Origin: Tubiluchus corallicola
Lineage: Eukaryota; Animalia; Priapulida
Assembly: GCA_030141605.1 (NCBI GenBank)
Contig: JAQGDQ010000603.1
Location: 62,001-126,000, forward strand
Direction of reading: 5' to 3'
DNA length: 64,000 nucleotides
Shown: in pieces, positions 39,446 through 56,800 of the stretch
Numbering within the stretch: position 1 is the first letter of the stretch
Layout of the letters: each line of letters opens with the position of its first letter
Translations under genes and position numbers: made by a program
The notes under the pieces: generated by a model
Seen by the model: the letters and a program-made list of their open reading frames with translations, nothing else
Databases searched by the model: none
What the model was told of the DNA's origin: nothing

Positions 39446-41163
39446 GTTTTCAAATCATATTCCACTTATCAAGCACGTGTGGCTTCATGCGGAACAGTAT
39501 AAGAACGTTACTCTCACATTTACTCTCGGCTTGACTGTGTAAGACATATAATAAGCTCCTACTGTGGCATAGGTATGCGGTGCCTATGATAAAAACATTA
39601 AACTAAACTAATTGATGACAATAATTACACTATACTTTACCGGCGACGTAAACACACGTACATCAACGGAAGTTTTCATGAGAAGGACCCGGATGTGAAA
39701 ACAACTACGCCAACATCCAATCAAGAGCCTGCAGACCTGAGCGCGTGATTCAGTATATTGCCTATTAAGGTCTATGCACGTGATCGTGTTAACAAGACAA
39801 TAACCAATCAGCAGTGTGTAGGTGGGTCATGTCATCTGTCCAGAGTAGTATTTAAGGAGGACAGATCCAGAGGAAGACACATTCGCTGCTGACAAGGTCT
39901 GGTAACAGAAGGTTTGATAACAAACTCTGCTACCACAAGAGTTGCTAACAAACTCTGCTACCACAAGAGTTGCTAACAAACTCTGTTAACACAAGAGTTG
40001 CTAACAAGCTCTGTTATTTCAAGAGCTGCTAATTATAAGCCCTGAACCATAATAAAGCAATTAAATAAACAATTCAAAATTGTCTATCAAGGCCAACATT
40101 TCTCCAATGTCAGTTTTCCTGCTATAAACTTCAAGAACTAATTTGTGCTGAAATGTGCCTTAGGCTTAACAGTCAGATGAACCCAAGCCATTGGTGCAAA
40201 GTACCATCATCTGTACACCTTTCTGTTACGTGAACCCCTAGCCGCGTTACACTACTGCATAAAGCAGGTATTTTACAGAGTCAGAAATCATTAGTGTCAC
40301 TTTGGAGATAGTATTAAAGTATTAAAATTGATAAAAGGTTGACTAACATAAGCCACTTTAGCAAGCGTGTACTAATTATATGCAGAGCATATCAATAGAA
40401 AATGTGCTGAAGTTTCAAGCGTACATGTTTTAATGTTAAATAGCCTCACAAATTTGGCGCATTCACTTTCAAACTGGATTGTAGTAGAAAACATAAATCT
40501 CAAAACGTTTGGTATGTCACTACGCTCTTCAAACAGAGTTCCTCTTAAAATAGACCAATATAGCAGTGCACAGGCCATGCCCTGGGCTACTCTGATACAA
40601 CCATGAACTTCTGGATAACCTCGTTAGACGTTTCTCAACACAAACTTCACTATTCATACATTCCTTTGCTTGGTATACTGGTCATTCCGTGTTTGCATTT
40701 TGCAGTTATTAAAGTGTGCCAAACTGCTTTAATCTGGTTTTGAAAATATTGACATCTTGAAAGCTACTTTTATCAGTTCGCAAGCACTACGCAAAACTTT
40801 GCTGAATTGTGCAATTTTGTCATCAAATTAGGCCTTCACATGACTGAGCTTATGGTAATGTAGAATATTTTTTTTGTTCTGTGCAGAACAACTTTTTTAC
40901 TTAAGAAAGCGTCATGTATGTAGCTATAATTACAGTAACACATGATATTGTGCTTAATATTAACATTTATATCTTCTTATTATGCAGTAGTAGGTTATTA
41001 TATTTTTATGCAGTCAAGCCGAGGTTACATGTGAGCAACTCATTTAGTAGTAGAATAATGTATTACTATAATGTTGTTCTATAATTGAATAACCAGTAAG
41101 CGTTCTTACGCTATTTCGCATGAAGCCACACGTGCTTGGTAAGTGGAATGTGATTTTGGAAAC
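39446..41163. mobile_element. ~1.7-kb segment bounded by ~62-bp inverted repeats
   Basis: 39446-39507 (..ATTCCACTTATCAAGCACGTGTGGCTTCATGCG..AAGAACG) is the reverse complement of 41101-41163 with a few mismatches. Confidence 0.65.
39918..40030. repeat. 28-bp tandem repeat (AACAAACTCTGCTACCACAAGAGTTGCT) x4
   Basis: Direct reading. Confidence 0.85.
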
Positions 41164-41496
41164 TTTTAAAAAAATATTAATTTTTATTTTTCGTTGGTGC
41201 GATATCCATTATTTTGACCTTCATTATTAATAATAATTTGCTTATTTTATTGACTAGTGTTCACTAAACTGGCTTACCAGTTGTTTTGTAAACTAACAGC
41301 TGGTTTCTCATGGTTTCTTCTCCTGCCTTTTTCCTGTTTTTACATTTGTAAGCAATGTGACAATAGATATAGAATTTTTGTAATGAACTATCTACTAGTG
41401 TTTTTATTGCTCGCGTCTTATCAATTTTCATGATCTTTCCTCAAGTTTTTGTTGTTGTTGACAGTTTACATTCAAATCAATAAGCCAAGATAAGCA

Positions 41497-47422
<5,926 letters not shown>

Positions 47423-47448
47423 TTGAAGCTGTAGGGACCCTATGTAGG

Positions 47449-47538
47449 TCAATAGGGACCAAATCAACAAATCCCAAACACATTACGGAAATGGAAGCCA
47501 GAACACTGGGCTTGAAAGTATAATAATTGAAGTTGTAA
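47449..47538 (+). repeat. Degenerate tandem duplicate of the C-terminal coding end of copy 3 in its 3' UTR
   Basis: TCAATAGGGACC..AACAAATCCCAAACAC..GAAGCCAGAACACTGGGCTTGAAAG matches 47339-47433. Confidence 0.8.
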
Positions 47539-48520
47539 TATAGCAAAAACTAATAAAATGTGAGCTGCAGGTTACATGTGCCCACTATATTGTGCATAAT
47601 ACAGTAATACTATGTGTCAGTTGCAAATTTGAAAGTGGTAGTGGAGTAAGGGCCAATATGTGTAACTTCTGGACGAATATTTGGTATATAAGATTTCGTT
47701 ATACATTAGTACTCCTATACACTGAAACATTATTTTGATGTTTTACATACATACAGTTTGTAAATAAAGGTGCGCACTAAATACAATATGTTTTTTGCTT
47801 CTGTGTTTCTAGTGAACCGCAAACGTATTGATTTTAATTAGTACCTGATTGAATCTGTACTTTTTTATTTAAGGCTGTGGCTTCCTGACTGGCTCACTTT
47901 ACATGTGTATTGAGCATTATTAGAACAGACAGCTAAGCAAAAAAATAATTGGCTAGTACACCTGCTGTAGTATAAGGTGAAAACTGATATATATACCATA
48001 CTACAATAGACACGGCTACTAGCTAATAGATTGAAACTTTTCTAACGATGTGCATAGTGTCTTTATTGTTGGAAAGTTCTATTCAACAGTCAGTTCAGAA
48101 GAGAGAATGTTCTGGAAAAGTGTCAGTCAATCAGCATTCAAACCCAAAACCTTGTGGTTTCAGGCTAAATATTCTAGCCATGTGAGTTAGAAATCCACTT
48201 GGCCAAAGCAGGTTTGAATTCTGAAGCTATGAGTCAGACTGGCTTTCAATCAGAGCCACCTATCTGCAGCCTCTAGCGTTTTTTCTAAAATCGGTTTTCA
48301 CAACTTTAATTTTGCTCGACTTTAAACATGAACTTATGATTTCCAATACAAGTTGTCAGCCTTCAGCTGAGTTCATAATGATACACGTCTTTTTCGAAAC
48401 ACCATGCCTCCTTTCGGTCCCGGAAAGAACTACTTGGCTACGACGATTCTTTAGCAAAGCGAGGCAACACGACTCCTGCATTTCCATCATTATGGCATCT
48501 CATCTATCTTATGCAAACTC

Positions 48521-49000
48521 CAGGCGTAGCCGACTCTAGACAGTTTGAGGCCTTGGCAAAAGTATTTTTAACGACACCTCCTTAACGGTCAGCCCGTTTC
48601 CCACATAGCTCCACCTGTTAACCAAAATCGAATTTTTGTTGTGCATAATAAAGTATAAAGGCATCTGTGTGTTGGGCTTATACGTGTATTATAGTGTAGT
48701 AAGTATGAACAAGCGTAGTTAATTTCCTATCTACAGCTTATGTTGGTAACATTTGACACCACTCAACACCCAGGAACAATCAAAATTTCTACAATTTCTG
48801 CTGCACACTCTTCACGTACATAACGTTGGCTATATGGTATTGTGGTTGACTTTGGTAACTTTTACTTTTTCGCCACCCTTTCACCAATCACTTGAACATC
48901 ATTAACTCAGATAATTTATTCATTTAATAATCTTGTCACTTTGTATCATATTATCATTTCATGCTCTGTGTTTTTCTTGTAAAAAGGTGATAAATAAAGA

Positions 49001-49035
<35 letters not shown>

Positions 49036-49496
49036 CCCAATTCCCTTTTTCCCACTGTTTCGCTAGTTTCATCATCTTGACAACCAAAACTCTAGTCTGT
49101 TTGCAAATACTTCATTAGCGAATGTTTTTGCTGTTTAATGGCCGCCAGCAACCTTTCGTTTCCTGTATTACGTTCAAGAATGCGTCGATTCTAGTAGGTT
49201 TATCTACCATTACTAAGATTTTGCCATAGAAAAAATTTTCTTGCTATATAGAAAATGTTTTTTTATTAAAGGAAGACCGCGCGATTGTTTATAATCAATC
49301 TCATTTTAATTTACTGTCCAAAATTGACATTTTCTTGCCTATACAAGTTAACAATTGTTCCTTATATTTGAATAATTAGCTTAGAACGGCAACCAGATAC
49401 AGCTATTGCTTACGTCAGAAACTAACGTAAACAATTGCACATACACTATGTTATTACTTATGTGCACCTAGTTTGCGTAGAGGTAGAGCCGGGCCT
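48521..49496. mobile_element. Possible decayed hAT-type nonautonomous element
   Basis: CAGGC..GCCGACTCTAG at the left versus GTAGAGCCGGGCCT at the right (imperfect TIR); no TSD found. Confidence 0.35.
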
Positions 49497-49948
49497 CTAT
49501 CCAGGGTCCTAAAAAGTGAATTCCCTCGTGACCTACCAAGTTTGCTAGATAGCGTCCTAGAAAGCGATTTTCATTTACTTTTGATCTGGGATTGTAAACT
49601 TTCATGCCTTAGTTGTACGCTTGACTGCTCATCTTGGACTTTGGCTTGGCCTCTCATATTAAATTGTTTATTGTAGTTAAATGTGACATTTCAGCAACTA
49701 CCTTGGATACTTGTAGGAACTATAAGGTAAGTACGATGATTAAAAATACGTTCTTCTGGCAGTAAGCGAGTCTATAATAACCACCTCTTTTTCGAGTAGT
49801 TTTCTAAAATGTAATAAGAAATGTAATGAAATGTAAATGGAATAAAAAATTTGTTCGATTGTAAGATTTCTGTATCTTTGTCTAAATGCATAATAATTTT
49901 GCCCTTAATTTATTTTAACTCTCTCACTTGCACGCACAAATCACAAGC

Positions 49949-49951
<3 letters not shown>

Positions 49952-50031
<80 letters not shown>

Positions 50032-50198
50032 TTTTCGTCTCTCTCTCTCTCTCTCTCTCTTCCCTTTCGTCTCTCTCTCCCCCTCTCTTTCTCTCTCTCT
50101 CTCTTTCTCCCCCTCTCTGTCTCTCTCTCTCTCTTTCTCCCCCTCTGTCTCTTCCTTTTCGGCTCTCTCTTTCTGCCCCTCTGTCTCTTTTCGCCTCC

Positions 50199-50241
<43 letters not shown>

Positions 50242-50475
50242 CTCTCGTCTCTCTCTCTCCCTCTCTTTCTCTCTCTCTCTCTCTCACTCTCTCTCTCTCT
50301 CTTTCTCCCCCCTCTCTCTTCCTTTTCGTCTCTCTCTTCTCTCTGTCTCTCTCTCTCTCTTTCTCTCCCTCTGTCTCTTCCTTTTCGGCTCTCTCTTTCT
50401 GCCCCTCTGTCTCTTCATTTTCGCCTCTCTCTGTCTCTTTCTGTCTTTTTTTCTCTCCCTCTGTTTCTTCCTTTC

Positions 50476-50516
<41 letters not shown>

Positions 50517-50537
50517 CCCCTCTGTCTCTTCCTTTTC

Positions 50538-50595
<58 letters not shown>

Positions 50596-50612
50596 CTCTC
50601 TCTCTCGCTCTC
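49952..50612. repeat. ~660-bp (CT)n polypyrimidine tract with higher-order subrepeats
   Basis: Direct reading. Confidence 0.95.
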
Positions 50613-50888
50613 GCTATGAGTTTGCAATTTATCTTTTCATCATCACATTCATCACTATCAACACAACTTTAGTTCAATTTACTGAGGTAAATTATCTTTT
50701 CTGCTGCATTTTCTACACTTGTACACTTGTACACTTGTAATATCTTCAAAAATCTCTGAACATTGTGAACATTGAAACCTCAGAACACTACAGTTTATGA
50801 CACAATGAACAATGACGCTACAATAATAATTCTTTTTTTGCAACAGTGCTGAGCTCTGGTAACACCTGACGAAAAGACAGAACTTCAG

Positions 50889-53800
50889 ATGGGCAAAACT
50901 AAAGGTATGACATATTGCTCATACGTGCCTGAACCACGTAAACCAGCAACTATATATTAAGTTCAAATAATACTATTATATGTAGTGATAACAAGAATAG
51001 GAAAGTAATAGCATTATAAATGAACATTATTGCAGCGCGCATGCGTGGCGACGAAATAATGGCGCGTTCACACGTAGAGCCTTATTCTCTCTGAGGGTAA
51101 CGTTGCGGGAGAAGTTGCGCACCAAGTTGCCAAGCCGTTCACACGTGCAACTTTACTCTCAGAGAGATGTTGTTAAACAAGTTGCAAACCGTTCACACGT
51201 TGCAACTTTACTTCCAGAGGGAAGTTGCGCAACAAGTTGCGAGAAAAGTCTCTACGTCTGAACGCGGCATAACACTATCTATGCAATCAAGTGTAGTGAA
51301 TGATCTTTACGACCCCCCAAAATGTGTAATATACAATTTTGAGTTTATTTACAACCCAAAAAAAAATCATAAATTAAAATATAAGCAACCGTTTTAGAAC
51401 ACTCTCCGACACAAACAGAAAGGGGTTTATCAAGTAGAAAATAGGATGGAAGTAAACGTGCATATCTTACAGTCAGTGCTTCAGTGGAGATCAGTTTATA
51501 CAGCAATAAACAGCTTGGCTCTAAAACCAGGTTTTGAAAATCATTTTCCGATAAAGGAAATGGTCTCGGCACCAGTAAAATAATTGTAGCGTTATTTGTG
51601 TATTTGCTGTTTTGCGTTGCTAGCTGAATATTGTTGTTTCTGGGATGGCAAGACTATTAAGACTCAAGTTAAGAAGCAACACGTTTAGTAAACATTAAGC
51701 ACGGTAAATATCATAACAGATAGTAATGCCAAACCCCGTGATCTGATCTGCTCTGGTCTGATCTCTGATCTGATCTGCCGAGGTGCGGGCACGACAAAGC
51801 TTTTCTAGGCTATCATGCGCCGGAAGCTTCGATTCTGAATCACTTGGTCACGTGATACCACACCTTAACTGGGCTGCTTGCCAACATTTCATCAGAATTA
51901 TTATTTAGCATAATTTAACACTTTTAACACAATTTAACAACTCTTCTTTTACTTCTGTGCGCCCAGTACACTCTAGAGTAATGACAGGAGTTTAGTGCAT
52001 TAAATATAATTACTTGGACAGTGACTTGACTCTCATGTCATAAGTTAAATATTGAGACAGATAGATAGTCTGGGATACCTAGGAAATAAGAACTTGTCTA
52101 TGTAATGCAAATCCTCTAGTTGTACAGTCTGAATATCATATGTTATGTATTTGTTCTATGTCTAATGCTATCAGAAACCAGTGCACTAATCTTAACTTTA
52201 CTTCCTTATGTGATAATTTTAATTCTAACAATGTCATCGATAGTATAAATGCAGTAGGAAATAATGAAACTATATGGCACTTGAATTAATTTTTATCTAA
52301 ATCAACATTGATTCAAAATTTAGCAATCTGTTCATATCATTTAATCTTACAATTTCTAATCTTAGTCTACAACAAAGTCTTATAAATTTAGTTCTTCATT
52401 TTAGTTGAATGTTATATTTGTCAGACTTTCTATATTTTAACTATCTGACGTGATTTTGTTGTAATCACTTTGTTCATTGTAAGCCTGCGTTTTTATCTGT
52501 GTGAGACATTTTTAACTATCTGACATGATTTTGTTGTAATCACTTCGTTCATTGAAAGCCTGTGTTTTTATCTGTGTGAGGCATTTTTAACTATCTGACA
52601 TGATTTTGTGGTAATCACTTCATTCATTGTAAGCCTGTGTTTTTATCTGTGTGAGACATTTTTAACTATCTGACATGATTTTGTGGTAATCACTTCGTTC
52701 ATTGTATGCCTGTGTTTTTATCTGTGTGAGACATATTTAACTATCTGACATGATTTTGTGGTAATCACTTCATTCATTGTAAGCCTGTGTTTTTATCAGT
52801 GTGAGACATTTTTAACTATCTGACATGATTTTGTTGTAATCACTTCATTCATTGTAAGCCTGTGTTTTTATCTGTGTGAGACATTTTTAACTATCTGACA
52901 TGATTTTGTTGTAATCACTTCATTCATTGTAAGCCTGTGTTTTTATCTGTATGAGACATTTTTAACTAACTATCTGACATGATTCTGTTGTAATCACTTC
53001 GTTCATTGTAAGCCTGTGTTTTTATCTCTGTGAGACATTTTCACTATCTGACATGATTTTGTTGTAATCACTTTGTTCATTGTAAGCCTGTGTTTTTATC
53101 TGTGTGAGACATTTTAACTATCTGACATGATTTTGTTGTAATCACTTCATTCATTGTAAGCCTGTGTTTTTATCTGTGTGAGACATTTCAACTATCTGAT
53201 ATGATTTTGTTGTAATCACTTCATTCATTGTAAGCCTGTGTTTTTATCTGTGTGAGACATTTCAACTATCTGACATGATTTTGTTGTAATCACTTCATTC
53301 ATTGTAAGCCTGTGTTTTTATCTGTGTGATCATTTAGACTCATCGTTACCGATATTGATTTTTAATTTGAACTAACTCTTTACAACTTTGTATGTGATGT
53401 ATTATTAATATGCTTTACCCCTGTTAGTCAATGAATTTCAATTCAGTTCTAGTATACATTCATATAATTCCCGTCCGACGTCTGGTCAAACTCTTGTATT
53501 GTGTTCTCAACCGTTCCACCTTGGTTCCACACACTCACAGCAATCACTGCTGGTGCTTATCATAATTTTATAATGCGATACAGTTGCCATCTAGTGGCAA
53601 AAAATACAGTTTTCTCTCGGACACATCTATGGGAGTCGGAAAATCCAGAAATTCAGTAGTTCGTAGTTAATTACATGTTCGTCTGCTTGAAGACCCAACG
53701 GTCCTGATACTTTCAGTCACTCGAAAATGTGTTATAAGACTTCTATTTTTCTGGAACTGTATTTCTGGAACTATTTTAACCTTTATTGTAGTTTCTGGCA

Positions 53801-56800
53801 TTGTGTGGTTACTTACTCTTGGTTGAGGCAGTTTGTGTAAAACTGAAGCAACCTTCTTTGCAGGGTTAGTGAAGAGACTTGAAGATGGTGAATTTGTGAT
53901 CGTCGCTGAGGGATATCTGTTCGAATTTGAACGTCGTGGGTATCTGGCTGCTGGACATTTTGTACCAGAAGTGGTCATTGAACATCCAAACCTGGTCAAG
54001 CAACTGCACCATGAATACGTTCATGCCGGAAGTGACGTCGTTTTGGCCTTTACCGTAAGAAAGAATTTCATGCCTGGCAATGTAGAGCTGTCCGTTATAG
54101 AATGAAGTAGACAAGTTTAAGAAATAAATTTTTTCCAACGTGTAAAAAGACGCAAGTAAAAATGTCACAGAAAAAAGGTTTAGGAAGAAATAATTAAACC
54201 TAACCCTAACTCTATCCCTGACCCTAAACCTATCCCTATCCCCAGCTGAAAATAATTGCGACTTTTTTCCTGTGACTTTTTTACCCAAAATTGTGAGTTT
54301 TTTCCCTGATCTTTTCCCTATGACCTTATTGCCAGTCACTGTACACGATTGTCGCGCAGTTGTTTTATGCCAAGGTTAACAGGTTGTTTGCTTTATAGCA
54401 GTAGAACTGACAGGACAAACCTTAGTTTCAAGATATTGACTCGTGATAAACCAGAATTAAGTGGTTCATATGTGGTTTATGTAATTTATACATAGTCAGT
54501 AATTAACCCAATGACCTAAATGAAGGAGGAAGACGCTAATTTTGACAATTTTTCTGAATATCTCTTCGTCAAGAACCGTACCTAACACTTGAAAGTCCTT
54601 GTCAGACTTTCTATATTTTAACTATCTGACATGATTTTATTGTAATCACTTCGTTCATTGTAAGCCTGTGTTTTTATCTGTGTGACCATTTATACTCATC
54701 TTTACCGATATTGATTTTTAATTTGAACTAACTCTTTACAATTTTGTATGTGATGTATTATTAATATGCTTTATCCCTGTTAGACAATGAATTTCAATTC
54801 AGTTCTAGTATACATTCATATAATTCCCGTCCGTCGTTTGGTCAAACTCTTGTATTGTGTTCTCAACCGTTCCACACACTCACAGCAATCACTGCTGTTG
54901 CTTATCATAATTTTATGATGCGATATAGTTGACAAGTTTGACAATTTTTCTCAATATCTCACTTGAAAGCCCTGAACCATAACCAACAGCTCTGCTATTT
55001 CAGTATTATGCGCACAGAGAGAAACTGAGATTCATAGGAAAGGAGCACGAATTGGAAACTTTAAACAGAGCAGCTCTACGAATTGCACGTGAAGTTGCTG
55101 ATGAGACTGGAACACTGATGGCGGGAAACATTTGCAACACGACCATTTACAAGCTTCCGCCGGACGAAGAAATAAGAGAGGAAACGAGGAGAATGTTCAC
55201 CGTAAGAACCACTTATTTTTACAAAACGTAAAAAGAAGATTTTTATTGGTTTTTAACCCACTCCAGGGCTGTCTCAACGCGTGGGTACGCTGGGCAGTTG
55301 CCCGGGGGCCATACTAGCTTAGGGGCCCATTATTGCTAATCTGTTTTAAAGCCTCATGTTATATTGTTCAAACGCTTTTGTTAATTAAACCTTACTGAAT
55401 TTGTTGTAAGTACCAGTACATTAAATACATGTTTAATTTTATGGACCATTTTCATTTATATTCCCTTCCCTATGATCGGAAGTGGCTGTGAAGATAAAGC
55501 CTCGGCGCACTCTTTTGCCCGGGGGCCTTAATGCTGTCAAGGCGGCCCATACCCGGGCTGCCATTGAAAGATTTCTGTTCCAGTTATTAATACTAATTTT
55601 ATCTGAAAACGCCAAAATTGTAGGGTTCACACAAGCAGTCGACACTCAGACAACAAAAAATTGGGCAACCGTAACGAATAACTTGGCAAAATTGGTATAT
55701 ATTCTTGATAAGGCTTGATAGAAAGGTGGTAACATCGTTAATTTCTCATGTTTTTGACAGTCAAACCGACAAGCTGATGACAGAAAAACAGATAGACAGA
55801 CGTGTAAATGAATAGACAGTTAGAAAAGCGAACAGACAGGCAGATCAACTGACTAATTAAGTGAATAACCAATCAGATGTTCAGCATATCGGTTATCGTG
55901 CTAATCGTTCTGTATTTAGGAACAAGTCTCCTGGGCTGTAGAAGAAGGTGCAGATTTTGTTGTCATGGAAACAACGAGTTACCTTGATGAAGCCATGATT
56001 GCACTAGAAGTCATCAAGTCATTTGGTAAAGTGACGTAATATTTGTTTGAAAGGAAACTTGAACTTTTAAGTTCCATCTGTATTTTATCTTCTCGGAATG
56101 TTCTGTGAGATTGAAATTTTAAACTAATTTTAAGAGAAATTTTAACTAATGTATTTTAATTATTTTAGTGTCTTTAATATTCGGTGTATCTTGATAATTC
56201 TAGTTTTGATCTGCACTTGTTAGTCAATTTCTATCTATTGAAATTTGAATACAGAATAACAATTTTACAACTCTTATTAGTTAATAAACGGACACGACGA
56301 TACGAAACAATGAGATATTAAAAAAGAATAAACAAATATATTTATTTATTTAAAAAAAGAGAACAATGTAAATGTTAGCTGAGTTTTTTGAGCTATGTAC
56401 AGAACCTATAGAAGCTATGGTGTTTATAAGCCGATCTTTTCTAAAGCACTTAATTATTTCCTAAGTAGTTTGTGAACTTAAAGCTGAAATTTAGTAATTT
56501 GACTAATTTCGTTTTTTTCAGTTTTGTAAAAATGTCTTTTGACAGTATATTTTATTTCAATTGTATGTAACAGACACGTCAACTTCCTGATATTGATGCA
56601 AACTAATGCATTTTTGCAACAACATGCTTACAAGCTTTGCTTCTTGACCACCATGCAGCATCTATTTCTTGTTGACAAACTATTATGTAGTTTAGTAACT
56701 ATGTTAGTACACTGATGTTAAATTTTTGTAATTATATTTTGAATTTTTTCCCTAACTATATCATGCTATAGTATACTAATGTAGTTCTGTTACAATTATT

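Noticed and set aside
48150-48240. Possible tRNA or tRNA-SINE (GGTTTGAATTC B-box-like)
   Set aside because: No cloverleaf or convincing A-box could be built
49851-50740. SL/RE dipeptide ORFs up to 273 aa
   Set aside because: Translations of the (CT)n tract
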